In this document: one piece after another, positions 25,240 to 39,500 of the stretch
Layout of the letters: each line of letters begins with the position of its first letter
How positions within the stretch are numbered: position 1 is the first letter of the stretch
Assembly: GCA_965285935.1 (NCBI GenBank)
Contig: OZ260662.1
Span: 25,668,001-25,732,000 of the forward strand
Length of the DNA: 64,000 nt
Direction: 5' to 3'
From: Ophelia neglecta
Taxonomy: Eukaryota
Notes under the pieces: model-generated
The model's database searches: none
Seen by the model: only the letters and a program-made list of their open reading frames with translations
Told to the model about the DNA's origin: nothing
Translations under genes and position numbers: made by a program

Positions 25240-26165
25240 CTAGATTAATGTGATTTGTGAATAATCACATGTGAATTAGATTACTGACATATGCACTGGA
25301 TTAATCACACATGCACTGGATTAATCACACATGTACTGGATAAATCACATATGAATTAGATTTATGACATATGTACTGAACTAACCACATGTGTACTGGA
25401 TGAATCACAAGTGAATTAGATAAATGACATGTGTACTCGATTTATCACACATGAGGTGGTAAATCACACGTGAATTAGATTAATGACATATGAACTGGAT
25501 TAATCCCACATGTAGTGGATGAATCACACGTGAATTAGATTAATGACATATGAACTGGATCAATCACACATATGGTGGATTAACCAGCCAGATCATGTCA
25601 ATCAGCCTGGTCATCTCAATCAGCCTGGTCATGTCGATCAGGATGGTCATGTCGATCAGCCAGACCACGTCAAACAGCCAGGTCCTGGTAATCAGCAAGA
25701 TCCTGTCCATCAGCCTGGTTCTGTAAAACAGCCTGGTTATGTAAAACAGGCAGGTCATTGCAATCAGCCAGGTCATGTCAATGTCAAACAGCCAGGTCAT
25801 TTCAATCAGCCAGGTCATGTCAATGTCAATCAGCCAGGTCATTTCAATCAGCCAGGTCATGTCAAACAGCCAGGTTATATCAAACAGCCAGGTTATGTCA
25901 ATTAGCCAGGTCATGTCAAACAGCCAGGTTATGTCAATTAGCCAGATCATGTTGATCAGACTGGTCATGTCAATCAGCCAGGTCATGTCAAACAGCCAGG
26001 TTATGTCAATTAGCCAGGTCATGTCAATTAGCCAGATCATGTTGATCAGACTGGTCATGTCAAACAGCCAGGTTATGTCAATTAGCCAGGTCATGTCAAA
26101 CAGCCAGGTTATGTCAATTAGCCAGATCATGTTGATCAGACTGGTCATGTCAATCAGCCAGACAG
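25240..26165. repeat. Compound minisatellite: ~20-bp (tggattaatcacacatg-ac) array grading into an 18-bp (cagccaggtcatgtcaat) array
   Basis: Direct inspection; switch near 25580. Confidence 0.9.
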
Positions 26166-29100
26166 GTCATGTTAAACACCTTCCCTATGGGTATTATTAT
26201 CGTACCCCTCCTCCTATGGGTTATATCATCGATCCCCTCCTCCTACAAGTACTGGAGAAGACCACCTGATCTGATACTACTGGGATTTACCATGATGCTA
26301 CATGTGATGTAACAGGATCAGAAGAACTGTATAGTTACTGCACAGGGTGGTACTCTGGAGAGGGGGGGGGGGGGGGCAACATTAACACTGTAGTCAAGGG
26401 CAGCACGGCTACCACACCATTAGTCAAGAGCAAAATACCACAGTAGTCATTAGAGGAGGGGTCACAAAAACAGCAGCAGCCTATCTGTAAGTATGATAGG
26501 ACCAACTCACTGAAATCTTACACCATAACACTACAAGTTATCTCAGCAAACTGGACCTGGTGCCAATTAACATGTCAGCCATCACTTCTAATGAACTGGG
26601 CCTAATTTCAGGGGATATGAGCAGATCCAGAACTTCTGTTAGAGAGATCTAGGGGGTGGGGGGCGGGAGGCAAATTGGTTGCCTATTAAAGAGGGAGATT
26701 CATTTTTGAAGAGAGAGAGGGCGGACTGAGACAATTGCCCCTGCTGCCCTGACCACACCCCTCAATTAACCCCCTACATCACTGGACAAGACCTTACACA
26801 ATTATCTTGACCAACATCCTAGCAGTTTATTTTGACAGTCCGACATAGTGCTACTGGCAGAATTATCAAAAAGCATCAATGGTATGTTTTCCACATTCTA
26901 AATATTTGATCAAAGACAGTGTTTGAGCTCTGATTTAGGTGGGTTATGTTGATATTATAATGTAAACATTATTACAAGGTGGGAGGTACCATCTCCTGGG
27001 TGGCAGATATCACTGGAATGTCATCTCAACTTGGCCGAGTCAGGCGGGCATGCCCTATCAGAGAAGACATGCCATATCTAGGAGAAACATCGGAAATCTA
27101 AGACTTCATTATTTCTTGTCATTATCCAGGGCAGGTCTGATATAGCATGTTAACATAATACATTGGGTCTGCTCACTCCCTGAATCATCTACCTACCATA
27201 ATAATCAGTGACTACAGGGGAGGAGCCACCGGCAGGTCATCAGCGTACAGTACAGGTATCTCTCTATATACTGTAAATGGCTCAATGTAGACGAGTACCA
27301 AAAGTTGGCAGATATTGCAGTTGACATGAAAACGGACAACATTGTGCCAAATGAAAGATCATTCCAATTATTATTCAATACACCATGCAACAAATCTGCC
27401 GACAATGAGTATGGCAAATTATGGAAAAATAGAAATCTGTCCAATTTTTTTTGCCAACATTCAGGAATTTAGAGCAGACGTATATCTCATTCAAAGACTT
27501 AGGAGGACAGGTGTCTCCGATACACAAGACACAGTACAGCAGACACTTCCACAGAGAGCTAAAACTTATCAGCTTTCTTTTTGAAGGACAATCCTAGTAG
27601 AGACAGGTCTTCTTACTAGCCATCACTTTAGGATTTAATTCTTTTTTTCTACTTGTCTTCTTTTAATTCAGCTTTCTTTCATGTTGCTGACTCTGTACAT
27701 GAATGAACACAGACAGTACCTTGTAAACTGTATATGTTCAGATTGTTTACATTCATCACCCACACATAAAATGTTCCAGTGTTCCATCAGAAGCAACAGG
27801 ATCTTGCTCACCTTGATTTTTTTTGTGACGTGTATGTTACATGACCTTGACTAAAAACAAGAGCTTTAACACTGAAATTAAGCAACCCGAATGTAACTAC
27901 CAATAATCTTAAAACTATTAAAAAATAAAATACCATGTGCACTCTACAAGTATTTCACCTTCACGAGTGCCATTATAATGTGTACTGCCCCCCCTCCCCC
28001 CCCTCAGCGGTATCTTATAAAATGCCACTGTGTGATATTTCCACTTGTTTGATGCCTTGATTCTTATAACCAGGATATCTTGTGAAACAATTACATTTTA
28101 CAGATTGCTTTCCTCATAGGGTTTATTTGTGATCTTAAATTGTTGCATTCCATGTAGTTAGTGAAAGATTCATTTGAACATGTTGATAGAAGGGCGGGCT
28201 ATTAGAAATGAAGTGTCATTGTGAAATTTTCCGCTTGCAATTCCTTTTAAAATAATTTACATGGGAGTTTAGGATCAGGAGGGGAAAGGGGTGAGAGACT
28301 CTCTGATAGTGTCCTAAGGGTGTCCCTGGGCCAGGAGGGGGAGGGGTTGGTGAGAGACTGGGGTAGCCCCACAGGGTTGCCCTTGGCAAATGCCTTGAGT
28401 GACCAAGCCTGCTCCATTCTAAATACATGTGGGATATACACACTTCTGTATCATGCAATTTCGTAATTGAGTGCTTTAATAGATAATTATTAAATACAAG
28501 ATCAGTGTTTATATGGTACTGAATATCAGATTATTTCTGTAGCATGTAACACCTAATGACCTCGATAATAAACCCATTTTACAGGCTTTAAGAGAACATG
28601 ATTAAAAATCTGATTATTGTAAACAAAATTGATATAAACTTGGCAGAATGTTTGCATGCCTGTAGCTTTCACTCTACTCATCATCCCTCTCAAACTAGCA
28701 CAATCTCATTCCTTCTCAGTATCTAGTAATATCATCAGTTGAGAGTAGCAGGAGACAAGCTGCTTGCCCAGCCGCTTGCCGGATGTCAACACTATTGAGA
28801 ATGTCATCCGCTGCAACTTCTCTATACAAAGTTGTGTGTATAAAGGCTTATCAAGTATGGGCATGGCAGCCATTCAGATGAGTGATAATACAGTACTCCA
28901 TGTCTGGCTCCAAGCTATTGATTCTGTCTCCTCATTGTAGGGCAAGGTCCTTTTTGCATTTTTTTCTCAACAAAGATTTGATTAAAACAGGAAGTTTTCT
29001 GCCTAGAAATAGATAGTGCAGCTCAGCCAAAAGATGATGTTGTTGCTTCAGCTGCAGAATGACTATGAACTGTACAACTACAACCCTGAATGAAGGCAAC

Positions 29101-29422
29101 AGGCCACTCAACATTTCAAATTATGTTACACCAAAGCTCCCGTATGAATTTATCCCACGTGTAAGTTCATTACCACAGGTTTGCTGTCAAGAGGCCAAGA
29201 TGGTTTTTATTTTAACAATCTATTCTGGTCATTCATAAAACATGGGTTCTTCAGCTTAAATTAGCTTGGGTGAGGTAAAATTCCAAGAGTTCTGATGTTC
29301 TGGTAAACTCTGCCATCCAGTTTAGTCTAGTACAGGAGTCGAGAGCAAATGCAGATCTCTATTTAAAAAAACAATTTGCCTTTTCTCAACTGTTTTTTGA
29401 CAGTCGAGTGATCGCCCATTAC

Positions 29423-29620
29423 TTAGACGAGCCCTTCTACGAGCCACAGTCTAAACCACAGGCAGTTGAGTTTTGTTGATTATCACCACATAGTATCAGC
29501 CTCTTCTCGAGATCAGGTAACTTTTTTAAGCCAATATGTCAAGAAAAACAGTTGAGAGGAAGATGAAACGGATGCAGGCCAGCGTTCATCACCAACACTC
29601 TATCTAAATCTAGCGTAGAG
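29423..29620 (-). other. Candidate non-coding (5'UTR) exon of the minus-strand transcription unit
   Basis: Acceptor aattctcctttcag and donor AA|gtaatg; all three frames closed; splice signals only. Confidence 0.3.
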
Positions 29621-31069
29621 CTGAAAGGAGAATTTTATAGACAAAATTAATGTTCTGAGTTCAATACCATATCTATACTACTTATATTCATTAACATACA
29701 TGTACACTAAAACACTGAAAACAGTGAAATATTATACATGTAATGTGCTTAATAGCTTGTTATTTTAGAAAAATTAAGGTATTAGGATTACTAGGCCTGG
29801 ACTGAGACTTCAAAATTCCAGTCAAACATTTCCTGCATTACAAAGTGTATCATACAATAAAAATTATCATCTGACTCAGATTACGGCAGTTCTAGGCCAT
29901 CGCTTGTCTATAATGTTCCTACCTTGGATTTGATAATATTGAATTCATAGCTGTCAAAATGTGGCAACACTCATATACAGTGTACAATCATTTTCGTTTT
30001 AAAAATCACATTTCTTGTTTTCTCATGTATAAATATCCATGTTCTTGTACAATGTGTTTCAATATATCATAAATGTTTCATGACTCCAAGGAAAAAAAAC
30101 TTGGCAATACTGAACTAGGTCCATTTATAAAGTGCTGCTACTCAAAAATTATGTTTTCACATGATGGCAAGCCTCGAATTCCTGCTACAATTAAGGGTCA
30201 TGTTACCTTAAAGGTAGACGGCACAGTGCCTTTTGACTTGAGGGGCAGATCCAGGAATCAGAACCATGGGAGATAGGGCAGAGGGAGAGTGTGGGAGGGG
30301 AGTTCTGAGAGGTAGGATCGAGGGTCTCAATAACTAACGGGGAACCTGACCACCCAAGCTGTACCTAAATCTACCCCTCACTCTCACCAACAATCAATAA
30401 CACTCAGGAACCAATCTCCGCCTCGAAGCCTCAGAGTATTGGATGTGGACGCTGACGGCTCCTTTCATAATGATAAATTCCTATTGCCAGGTCTGTAGAG
30501 AATATATAATGTACACGGCCCAGAAACACTTAACACTTGGAATGGCCATTGGAGGCTTCACCCTCAGAATTACATGCTCAATATGTTAAGGGGGGCATGC
30601 TGATTTAGGGGGGGGGGATTGTTCTTGGCAGTTTAGGTGGGGCACTCCGCCCCTTTGCTGTATCTACCTGTCCCTGGGTAGAGTGAAAGACTTGCTCGGT
30701 GAGCCCTCTGGGTATTACTAAATAGATGGATAACTAGGAGAGCCTTCTGGGATCACATGATAGATGGATCACTAGGAGAGCCTTCTGGGAACACATGATA
30801 GATGGATCACTAGGAGAGCCTCCAGGGATCACAAGATAGATGTCTCACTAGGAGAGCCTTCTGGGATCACATGATAGATGGATCACTAGGAGAGCCTTCT
30901 GGGATCACATGATAGATGGATCACTAGAAGAGCCTCCAGGGATCACATGATAGATGGATCACTAGGAGAGCCTTCTGGGATCACAAGATAGATGTCTCAC
31001 TAGGAGAGCCTTATGTGATCACATGATAGATGGATCACTAGGAGAGCCTTCTGGGATCACAAGATAGAT

Positions 31070-33546
31070 ATTTTCCAATATTTTGCATAAGACTCAATTG
31101 TGGGTTTAGTAACATACCTGTAGTTAAGAAATCTCGCCATATTACTGTTAATAATATTAACAAATTCAAAGATAAGTTACAGAATACCAGATGGGATTCT
31201 GTATTAGTAGAAACTGACAGCCAGGTTGCATTTACTAAATTTTATAATATATATTGTAACATCTACAATCATTGTTTTCCTCTACGAGATATGAAAGTGA
31301 CCTATCGTAATAGAAAACCATGGCTCTCTGAAGGTCTTAAGAAGTCTATCAAGCTTAAAAACAAACTTTTTCGAATCCAACAAAGTAAACAAACACTTGT
31401 TAATAAATCAGAATACTTAAATTATCAGTCTATGCTTAATAAATTACTACGTAGGGAAGAGCGTAATCATTATGATGCATTGTTTTCCAAGCATAAAGCT
31501 AATTTAAAGAGAATGTGGAGTATTGTGAAAGAGGTTGTTAATAAGGGTAAAAACAGTAAGAATCCCTCTACATTCAAGATCAATGGTAAAGAAGTATCTG
31601 ATAACCACATTATCAGTAATGCTTTTAATGATTTCTATGTTAACATTGGCCCGTCATTGGCAAAGAAAATACCTAGCAGTACTGTTGACCCAGTTTCTTA
31701 TATAAACTCATCTGTCTCTGGTTCTATATATATTAATGAAGTTACTCTCGAGGAATTGTCAAAAATTGTTCTTTTACTGAAAGAAAAGAGTCCAGGATAC
31801 GACGGTATTCATGCTAAAGTTGTAAAAGAAACATTTACTTGTTATTTACCTGTGCTTACACACATTTGTAACTTATCCTTGTCACAAGGTGTCTTTCCAT
31901 TTGAGCTAAAAAAAGCTATTGTAATTCCTTTGTATAAAGGTGGTGAGGCTACCCTTGTTAATAATTATCGCCCTGTCTCAGTTTTGCCATTGTTTTCAAA
32001 AATATATGAACGCTTAATGTATAACAGATTATCTTCTTTTATCAAAAGTAACGATTTGTTCTACAAATATCAATTTGGATTTAGGGAAAATCATAGTACA
32101 GAATTGGCATTGATTGTTCTAGTGGACAAGATTATTAGTGCTCTTGATAATGGTGATATAGTTCTGGGTGTATATTTAGATTTTCAAAAAGCTTTTGATA
32201 CTGTTAATCACTCAATTCTTTTACGTAAACTATATTATTATGGTATACGAGGGGTGGCATACCAATGGATACAAAGTTATTTGTCCAACCGAACTCAATC
32301 TGTGTCTTATAATAACTGTATTTCTCAACAAAAAACTGTAAAGTGTGGTGTTCCTCAGGGATCCATACTTGGTCCTTTATTATTTTTATTATATATTAAC
32401 GATCTTGCTAATGTGTCATCAATTTTATATCCTATCCTGTTTGCAGATGATACTAATCTGTTTATCAATGGTAAAAATATTGTTAGCATGGTCAACACTC
32501 TCAATGATGAACTTCAAAAAATTGTCAATTGGCTATATGCTAATAGGTTATCTCTTAATGTTAAAAAAACTCATTTTATGATATTCTCTCCTAAAAAGAA
32601 ATCACTGCCTTGTGATTGTGAAGTGAAAGTTGGCAGTGAAAGCATTGGGCAGGTCGCTTGTACAAAATTCTTAGGTGTCATGATAGATTACCGTCTATCA
32701 TGGGCCGAACATCTGCAATTTGTGAAAAAAAAAGTTTCAAAGGGTCTAGGTATTTTATTTAAAGCTAGACGTTTCCTTCATAAATCTACTTTATTAACAT
32801 TATATAACAGTTTTGTACTGCCTTACTTTAATTATTGTGTTGAAGTGTGGGGTTCTGCTGCTAAAACTTTAATTGACTCTATTTTTAAGCTTCAGAAAAA
32901 GGCTGTGCGTCTGATAACCTTCTCTAAATCCAGAGACCATACTGGTCCGATCTTTAAACAACTTAGTTTATTTAATATAGAAAATATTTACCAGTGGAAA
33001 GTTGCAATATTTATGTTCAAATTGTACAAGGATATATTACCCCCTATTGTAAAGGACATGTTTATTCTCAATTGTGAAATTCACAGTTATTATACTAGAG
33101 GTAGTACAAAGTTACATATGGCTAAATATGCACTTTCTCTGTCTCGGAGAACAATGAGGTATCAGGGTGTTAATATTTGGAATAATATTTGTGACAAAGT
33201 GACACTTGAAGTGGGTATTTTGAGTTTTAAACAAAATCTAAAGAAGTACCTATCATCATCTACATAACTGATATTATGATAATTATTTTTCTGTCCATGT
33301 TGTTGGTTGTATATCCTAGTATTTCCTAGTATATATATATATATATATTTTTTTTTTTTTCTTTCTTTCTCTGGCACATGCACTTATGTTGATATAGCTT
33401 TTTCTGTGTCTCTAGTGATGGAACATATGCACAATTTGTGCCCAGTTCCCTTTGTCATTGGTTTATTATATTTGTTTGTGCTGTATTTATATGTAAATTG
33501 GTGTTCCAATGACAATAAAATGAAATTGAATTGAATTGAATTGAAT
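31070..33546 (+). mobile_element. 5'-truncated non-LTR retrotransposon (CR1/L2 group, possibly Crack-like)
   Basis: Uninterrupted frame from ~31072 to 33267, 3'UTR, AATAAA and (ATTGA)n tail; host repeat unit resumes exactly (aagatagat|gtctcact). Confidence 0.93.
31291..33267 (+). CDS. LINE ORF2 reverse transcriptase (endonuclease domain lost by truncation)
   Basis: KSPGYDGI, NNYRPVSVLP, QFGFR, LDFQKAFDTV, GVPQGSILGPLLF, FADDT, KFLGV motifs. Confidence 0.92.
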   Translation: MKVTYRNRKPWLSEGLKKSIKLKNKLFRIQQSKQTLVNKSEYLNYQSMLNKLLRREERNHYDALFSKHKANLKRMWSIVKEVVNKGKNSKNPSTFKINGKEVSDNHIISNAFNDFYVNIGPSLAKKIPSSTVDPVSYINSSVSGSIYINEVTLEELSKIVLLLKEKSPGYDGIHAKVVKETFTCYLPVLTHICNLSLSQGVFPFELKKAIVIPLYKGGEATLVNNYRPVSVLPLFSKIYERLMYNRLSSFIKSNDLFYKYQFGFRENHSTELALIVLVDKIISALDNGDIVLGVYLDFQKAFDTVNHSILLRKLYYYGIRGVAYQWIQSYLSNRTQSVSYNNCISQQKTVKCGVPQGSILGPLLFLLYINDLANVSSILYPILFADDTNLFINGKNIVSMVNTLNDELQKIVNWLYANRLSLNVKKTHFMIFSPKKKSLPCDCEVKVGSESIGQVACTKFLGVMIDYRLSWAEHLQFVKKKVSKGLGILFKARRFLHKSTLLTLYNSFVLPYFNYCVEVWGSAAKTLIDSIFKLQKKAVRLITFSKSRDHTGPIFKQLSLFNIENIYQWKVAIFMFKLYKDILPPIVKDMFILNCEIHSYYTRGSTKLHMAKYALSLSRRTMRYQGVNIWNNICDKVTLEVGILSFKQNLKKYLSSST

Positions 33547-36500
33547 GTCTCACTAGGAGAGCCTTCTGGGATGACATGATAGATGGATCACTAGGAGAGC
33601 CTTCTGGAATCACATGATAGATGGATGACTAGGAGAGCCTTCTGGGATCACAAGATAGATGTCTCACTAGGAGAGCCTTATGTGATAACATGATAGATGG
33701 ATCACTAGGAGAGCCTTCTGGGATCACATGATAGATGGATCACTAGGAGAGCCTTCTGGGATCACAAGATAGATGGATCACTAGGAGAGCCTTATGTGAT
33801 CATATGATAGATGGCTCACTAGGAGAGCCTTCTGGAATCACATGATAGATGGATCACTAGGAGAGCCTTCTGGGATCACATGATAGATGGATCACTAGGA
33901 GAGCCTTATGTGATCACAAGATAGATGGATGACTAGGAGAGCCTTCTGGAATCACAAGATAGATGGATCACTAGGAGAGCCTTCTGGGATCACATGATAG
34001 ATGGATGACTAGGAGAGCCTTCTGGGATATCATGATAGATGGATCACTAGGAGAGCCTTCTGGGATCACATGATAGATGGATCACTAGGAGAGCCTTCTG
34101 GGATCACATGATAGATGGCTCACTAGGAGAGCCTTCTGGAATCACATGATAGATGGATCACTAGGAGAACCTTCTGGGATCACATGATAGATGGATCACT
34201 AGGAGAGCCTCCAGGGATCACAAGATAGATGTCTCACTAGGAGAGCCTTCTGGGATGACATGATAGATGGATCACTAGGAGAGCCTTCTGGAATCACATG
34301 ATAGATGGATCACTAGGAGAGCCTTCTGGGATCACAAGATAGATGGCTCACTAGGAGAGCCTTCTGGAATCACATGATAGATGGATCACTAGGAGAGCCT
34401 TCTGGGATCACATGATAGATGGATCACTAGGAGAGCCTCCAGGGATCACAAGATAGATGTCTCACTAGGAGAGCCTTCTGGGATGACATGATAGATGGAT
34501 CACTAGGAGAGCCTTCTGGAATCACATGATAGATGGATCACTAGGAGAGCCTTCTGGGATCACAAGATAGATGTCTCACTAGGAGAGCCTTATGTGATAA
34601 CATGATAGATGGATCACTAGGAGAGCCTTCTGGGATCACATGATAGATGGATCACTAGGAGAGCCTTCTGGGATCACATGATAGATGGATCACTAGGAGA
34701 GCCTTCTGGGATCACATGATAGATCGGGATCACATGATAGATGGATCACTAAGAGAGCCTTATGTGATAACATGATAGATGGATCACTAGGAGAGCCTTC
34801 TATGATCACATGATAGATGGATCACTAGAAGGGCCTTCTGGGATCACATGATAGATGGATCACTAGGAGAGCCTTCTGGGATCACATGATAGATGGATGA
34901 CTAGGAGAGCCTTCTGGGATCACATGATAGATGGATCACTAGGAGAGCCTCCAGGGATCACAAGATAGATGGATCACTAGGAGAGCCTTCTGGGATCACA
35001 TGATAGATGGATGACTAGGAGAGCCTTCTGGGATATCATGATAGATGGATCACTAGGAGAGCCTTCTGGGATCACATGATAGATGGATCACTAGGAGAGC
35101 CTTCTGGGATCACATGATAGATGGATCACTAGGAGAGCCTTCTGGGATCACATGATAGATGGATCACTAGGAGAGCCTTCTGGGATCACATGATAGATGG
35201 ATGACTAGGAGAGCCTTCTGGGATCACATGATAGATGGATGACTAGGAGAGCCTCCAGGGATCACATGATAGATGGATCACTAGGAGAGCCTTCTGTGAT
35301 CACATGATAGATGGGTCACTAGGAGAGCCTTCTGGGATCACAAGATAGATGGATCACTAGGAGAGCCTTCTGGGATATCATGATAGATGGATCACTAGGA
35401 GAGCCTTCTGGGATATCATGATAGATGGATCACTTGGAGAGCCTTCTGGGATCACATGATAGATGGATCACTAGGAGAGCCTTATGTGATCACATGATAG
35501 ATGGATCACTAGGAGAGCCTCCTGGGATCACATGATAGATGGATCACTAGGAGAGCCTTCTGGGATCACATGATAGATGGATCACTAGGAGAGCCTTCTG
35601 GGATCACATGATAGATGGATGACTAGGAGAGCCTTCTGCGATCACAAGATAGATGGATCACTAGGAGAGCCTTCTGGGATCACATGATACATGGATCACT
35701 AGGAGAGCCTCCAGGGATCACATGATAGATGGATCACTAGGAGAGACTTCTGGGATCACATGATAGATGGATCACTAGGAGAGCCTTCTGGGATCACATG
35801 ATAGATGGATGACTAGGAGAGCCTTCTGGGATCACAAGATAGATGGATCACTAGGAGAGCCTTCTGGGATCACATGATACATGGATCACTAGGAGAGCCT
35901 CCAGGGATCACATGATAGATGGATCACTAGGAGAGACTTCTGGGATATCATGATAGATGGATCACTAGGAGAGCCTTCTGGGATCACATGATAGATGGAT
36001 CACTAGGAAAGCCTCCAGGGATCACATGATAGATGGATCACTAGGAGAGCCTTCTGGTATCACATGATAGATGGATCATTAGGAAAGCCTTCTGGGATCA
36101 CAATCATGATAAAAGGATCACTAGGAGAGCCTTCTGGGATCACATGATAAATGGATGACTAGGAAAGCCTCCAGGGATCACATGATAGATGGATCACTAG
36201 GAGAGCCTCCTGGGATCACAAGATAGATGGATCACTATCAGTGAGTGCTACCTGATAGATGGATCACAAGGGAAGATTCCTGGGGTTCATATGATAGTAG
36301 ATAATGGATCTTATGTATAACACGTGATAAATATAACATGTCATTGATACCTACCACATGATACAGTGTAAATGTATCCTGTGAAGCTAGCACTTAAAGT
36401 GCCCCAAAATCTGCCAATCATTCCCACAAAATTACATGTACATAGGAAAAAAAGTCACACGAGTACCTTTAATTCCTAGATTAATAGCTTCAGTAAATAA

Positions 36501-39500
36501 AATGCCTAACAGTTTCATCAATCTTGCAAATTATGACGGTCTCTGCATATAAAATTACCATACTTATACATATTTTTAATCAAAGGATGAAAAATGATCC
36601 TGCACATTTGCCAGATACATTGTAGTTTTCTTTGGTACATGACCACAAGCTGGATTAGTCTGTGACCTCAACAGTTAAAAAGCCTGTGGAAATCGATAAA
36701 ATTAGCCACAGGTCCAGAAGAGGCTGCAGGCTGGACTGAACCACCATGAATTCCACAACACCATGAGTTAGGAGATGACACACAAAGACACATAAATAAT
36801 CTTGGTAATGTTTCTGGGCAGTAAATTGCCCATAAAACAAGGGAGGCAGAATAATATGGTAAATGGAGATGAGAGTAAATGTTACATGGCAAATTTGAAA
36901 GAAGGCAGCTGCATGCATTTAAAAATATTGTGGGTTTTTATTTTCCTAATCTAAATTGTAACACAGACATACTCTTGTGATTTATGTATATTGCTTCTAT
37001 TTTCATCACAAAGATTAAGAGTGAACTTAATAAATCACAATTTATCAGGATGCTAGACAATAACAGATACATTTTTTGTTGTTAATAAAACATACTGGAG
37101 CATTATGGGAAAAGCGTGGAAGGCAAGCAGACCAAAAAAAGGAAGCTCTGCTATGTTAATATAAACATGTCTATAATTCATCAAAATGGACGCCCTGCAT
37201 CCTTCTCCTTATCTCTTTTGATCTTTTTTTCCCAAAGGAACATCCTGAAATGGTTCCGATCAATATAAAGATGTTCGATAAAGAACACTTGTGAGGCCTA
37301 ATCATTGATCTCTGACACAGCTGAATTAGAAAATCAATAATTTGTTCATCTCATGCAAATTCAACTTAATTTTTTTAGGCACAGGATCAATTCTTTTTAT
37401 GTGGTGGAATGTCATAGTCAGAAGTCATATATTCAATACTGAAAAAACAATCCAAGAGCCAAATGCAATATGAAAGACACAAAATTTGTTATCTGCATAA
37501 TTAATTTGTCTAAAAACAACTAATTTATATATATTATATACAGTATAAATTATATATAATAATGTTATATTGTGATTCAGGGGCCATAGAAACATACCAA
37601 AAGCGGTTAAAAATTAACAACTTAGCTTCAAAATATCACACCATGTGTGAAATAAGCATGAATTTTCTAGCCTGAAGTATGAAAGGACTTGTATAAGAGC
37701 TGACAAATCATACATGTTATAGTGTGAAAAAAGACACTGACTGGTGAACACCCTGTACAAAGATGTGAGAAGATGTCACATAAAAGACAGTAAAGTGTCA
37801 TGAGTTTGTGATGGGTGGGCCCTAAAACATCATCCATTGTTCACAGGAAGTGCAACAAGTCCTGCAACAAATCATAGCTTTGTATAAAACACGCCACTTT
37901 AGGAAGTGTCAAATTCTAACAACAGATACTACTGGTGAAAGCGGGTTCCTGGATCCCAAATAGGACAAAATTATCATTCAATATGGATGAAGAATTTTAC
38001 AAAATTCGGGATTTGGGGCAGGTTTCATTTAAAGGGAGCTTCCCCTCCCATATGGCCAGAGGCTTCATCTAAGTAGCACCCCCTTGTCCCTGACCCTCTG
38101 GGAGCAGACGCCCAGGTCGTTGTAGACGAACCAAGGGGTCTGGCAGACTCCATGAAGATGTCCTAAATCAACCAGGCTGTCACTGAACTGATAAAAATGT
38201 CTGGCATAAGCACACTGTTCATTATATACAATAACATGTACATGTACATGTACAGTGTATGATAATAAGTCATGAGTGGTGTCCATTATATAATACTGAC
38301 GGCACCTGATACATGATAAACAGGGGAATATTTAAATGAATTATACAAATGAATATAGAGTTTGACTTCGGGTTCAGTGGCAATTAATATCTCCTAATAG
38401 GGGTAGTACTTTTAATTGTCAACCACAATAATTAACAGACAATTACACTGACATCCTTTTTAACTAGCTTCTTGGTTTAAATAACTGATACAACTTTTAA
38501 TAGACTGGACAACCCCGCCTCATGTGTTAAGTCATGAACAGACCCAGTCAATCAGCAGCACATTATACCAAAGGTTCCATTGAGATGGACATTGAGGTTA
38601 AAAACTAAAGGTCAAGATAATAAGTTTAAATCATAGTCAAGATGCAAATGGTGATGAAACAAATAGATGAGTTTATGGACCAAACGAAATGTAGACTTAA
38701 TACAAGTTGTCTTCATCTGCTGTGATATCCATAGCCTGATATTTGACTTTTGACCTCGGACTGCCCTTATCACACACAGCAGACTATATATTTCATATCC
38801 AAATTTCTGGGGATGATGGCAGACGTTCATCGTTTCTCTCGATGAAGGCAGACTTTCACCATCTGTTTTTAAGATACTGTGTGTTTCGTATAACTGACAA
38901 AAGGAAAGCCAGTATATGAATGAAATCATCCCTCAATTGTGCCTATTTGTCAGTCTTGTGTTTTATGATTGCTTTTATAACCTTTTTTTTATAGTAAATA
39001 AATGTAATTTACAATTAATATGAATTCATCAAGCCGGATTTTAACAAGTAAATCTGACGGGCAAATACCGGTAGCTAGTCTCCTTCTCCTTACCAACAGC
39101 ATTTTGTATCATCCACCACAATCTACTGAAGGAAAACAATTCTAAATCTAGTTTTTAAAAAGAACCATTCATACATGTTTGGAGATCGTCAAAATTCTTA
39201 TGATCAAGGTAAACTATTTTAAAGGGATATAGCAGGCCATATCTAAACTATGTTTCTCTGTATTTCCTGTGGGTTTTCTTGAGCTTCATTGATTCAACGT
39301 TTCTTTCCATGCAGGCAGATGGCCCTATATATAAGATATATGTATGAACCCCTGAACATGTAACATGGATGACAGTTAGCTATGAGATACATGTACATGA
39401 ACAAGTATCAAATAGCACATGAAAACAGCGGCGATATCTACATGTATCTGAGGCATCTCGGAGTCACGGAGCCAAAGAGCAGTCTATTAGTAAACAGTGA

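Larger units (their letters stand above)
30722..36240. repeat. 38-bp minisatellite (atagatggatcactaggagagccttctgggatcacatg), ~80 copies, split by a LINE
   Basis: ~9 units at 30722-31069 and ~70 units at 33547-36240. Confidence 0.97.

Noticed and set aside
25543-26269. QPGHVN / DMTWLI / SQVMSI repeat ORFs
   Set aside because: The 18-bp minisatellite opens multiple frames on both strands; no splice context
30722-36240. CRISPR-like appearance of the 38-bp array (also the 37-bp array at 1894)
   Set aside because: Head-to-tail units without unique spacers, no cas genes, eukaryotic context
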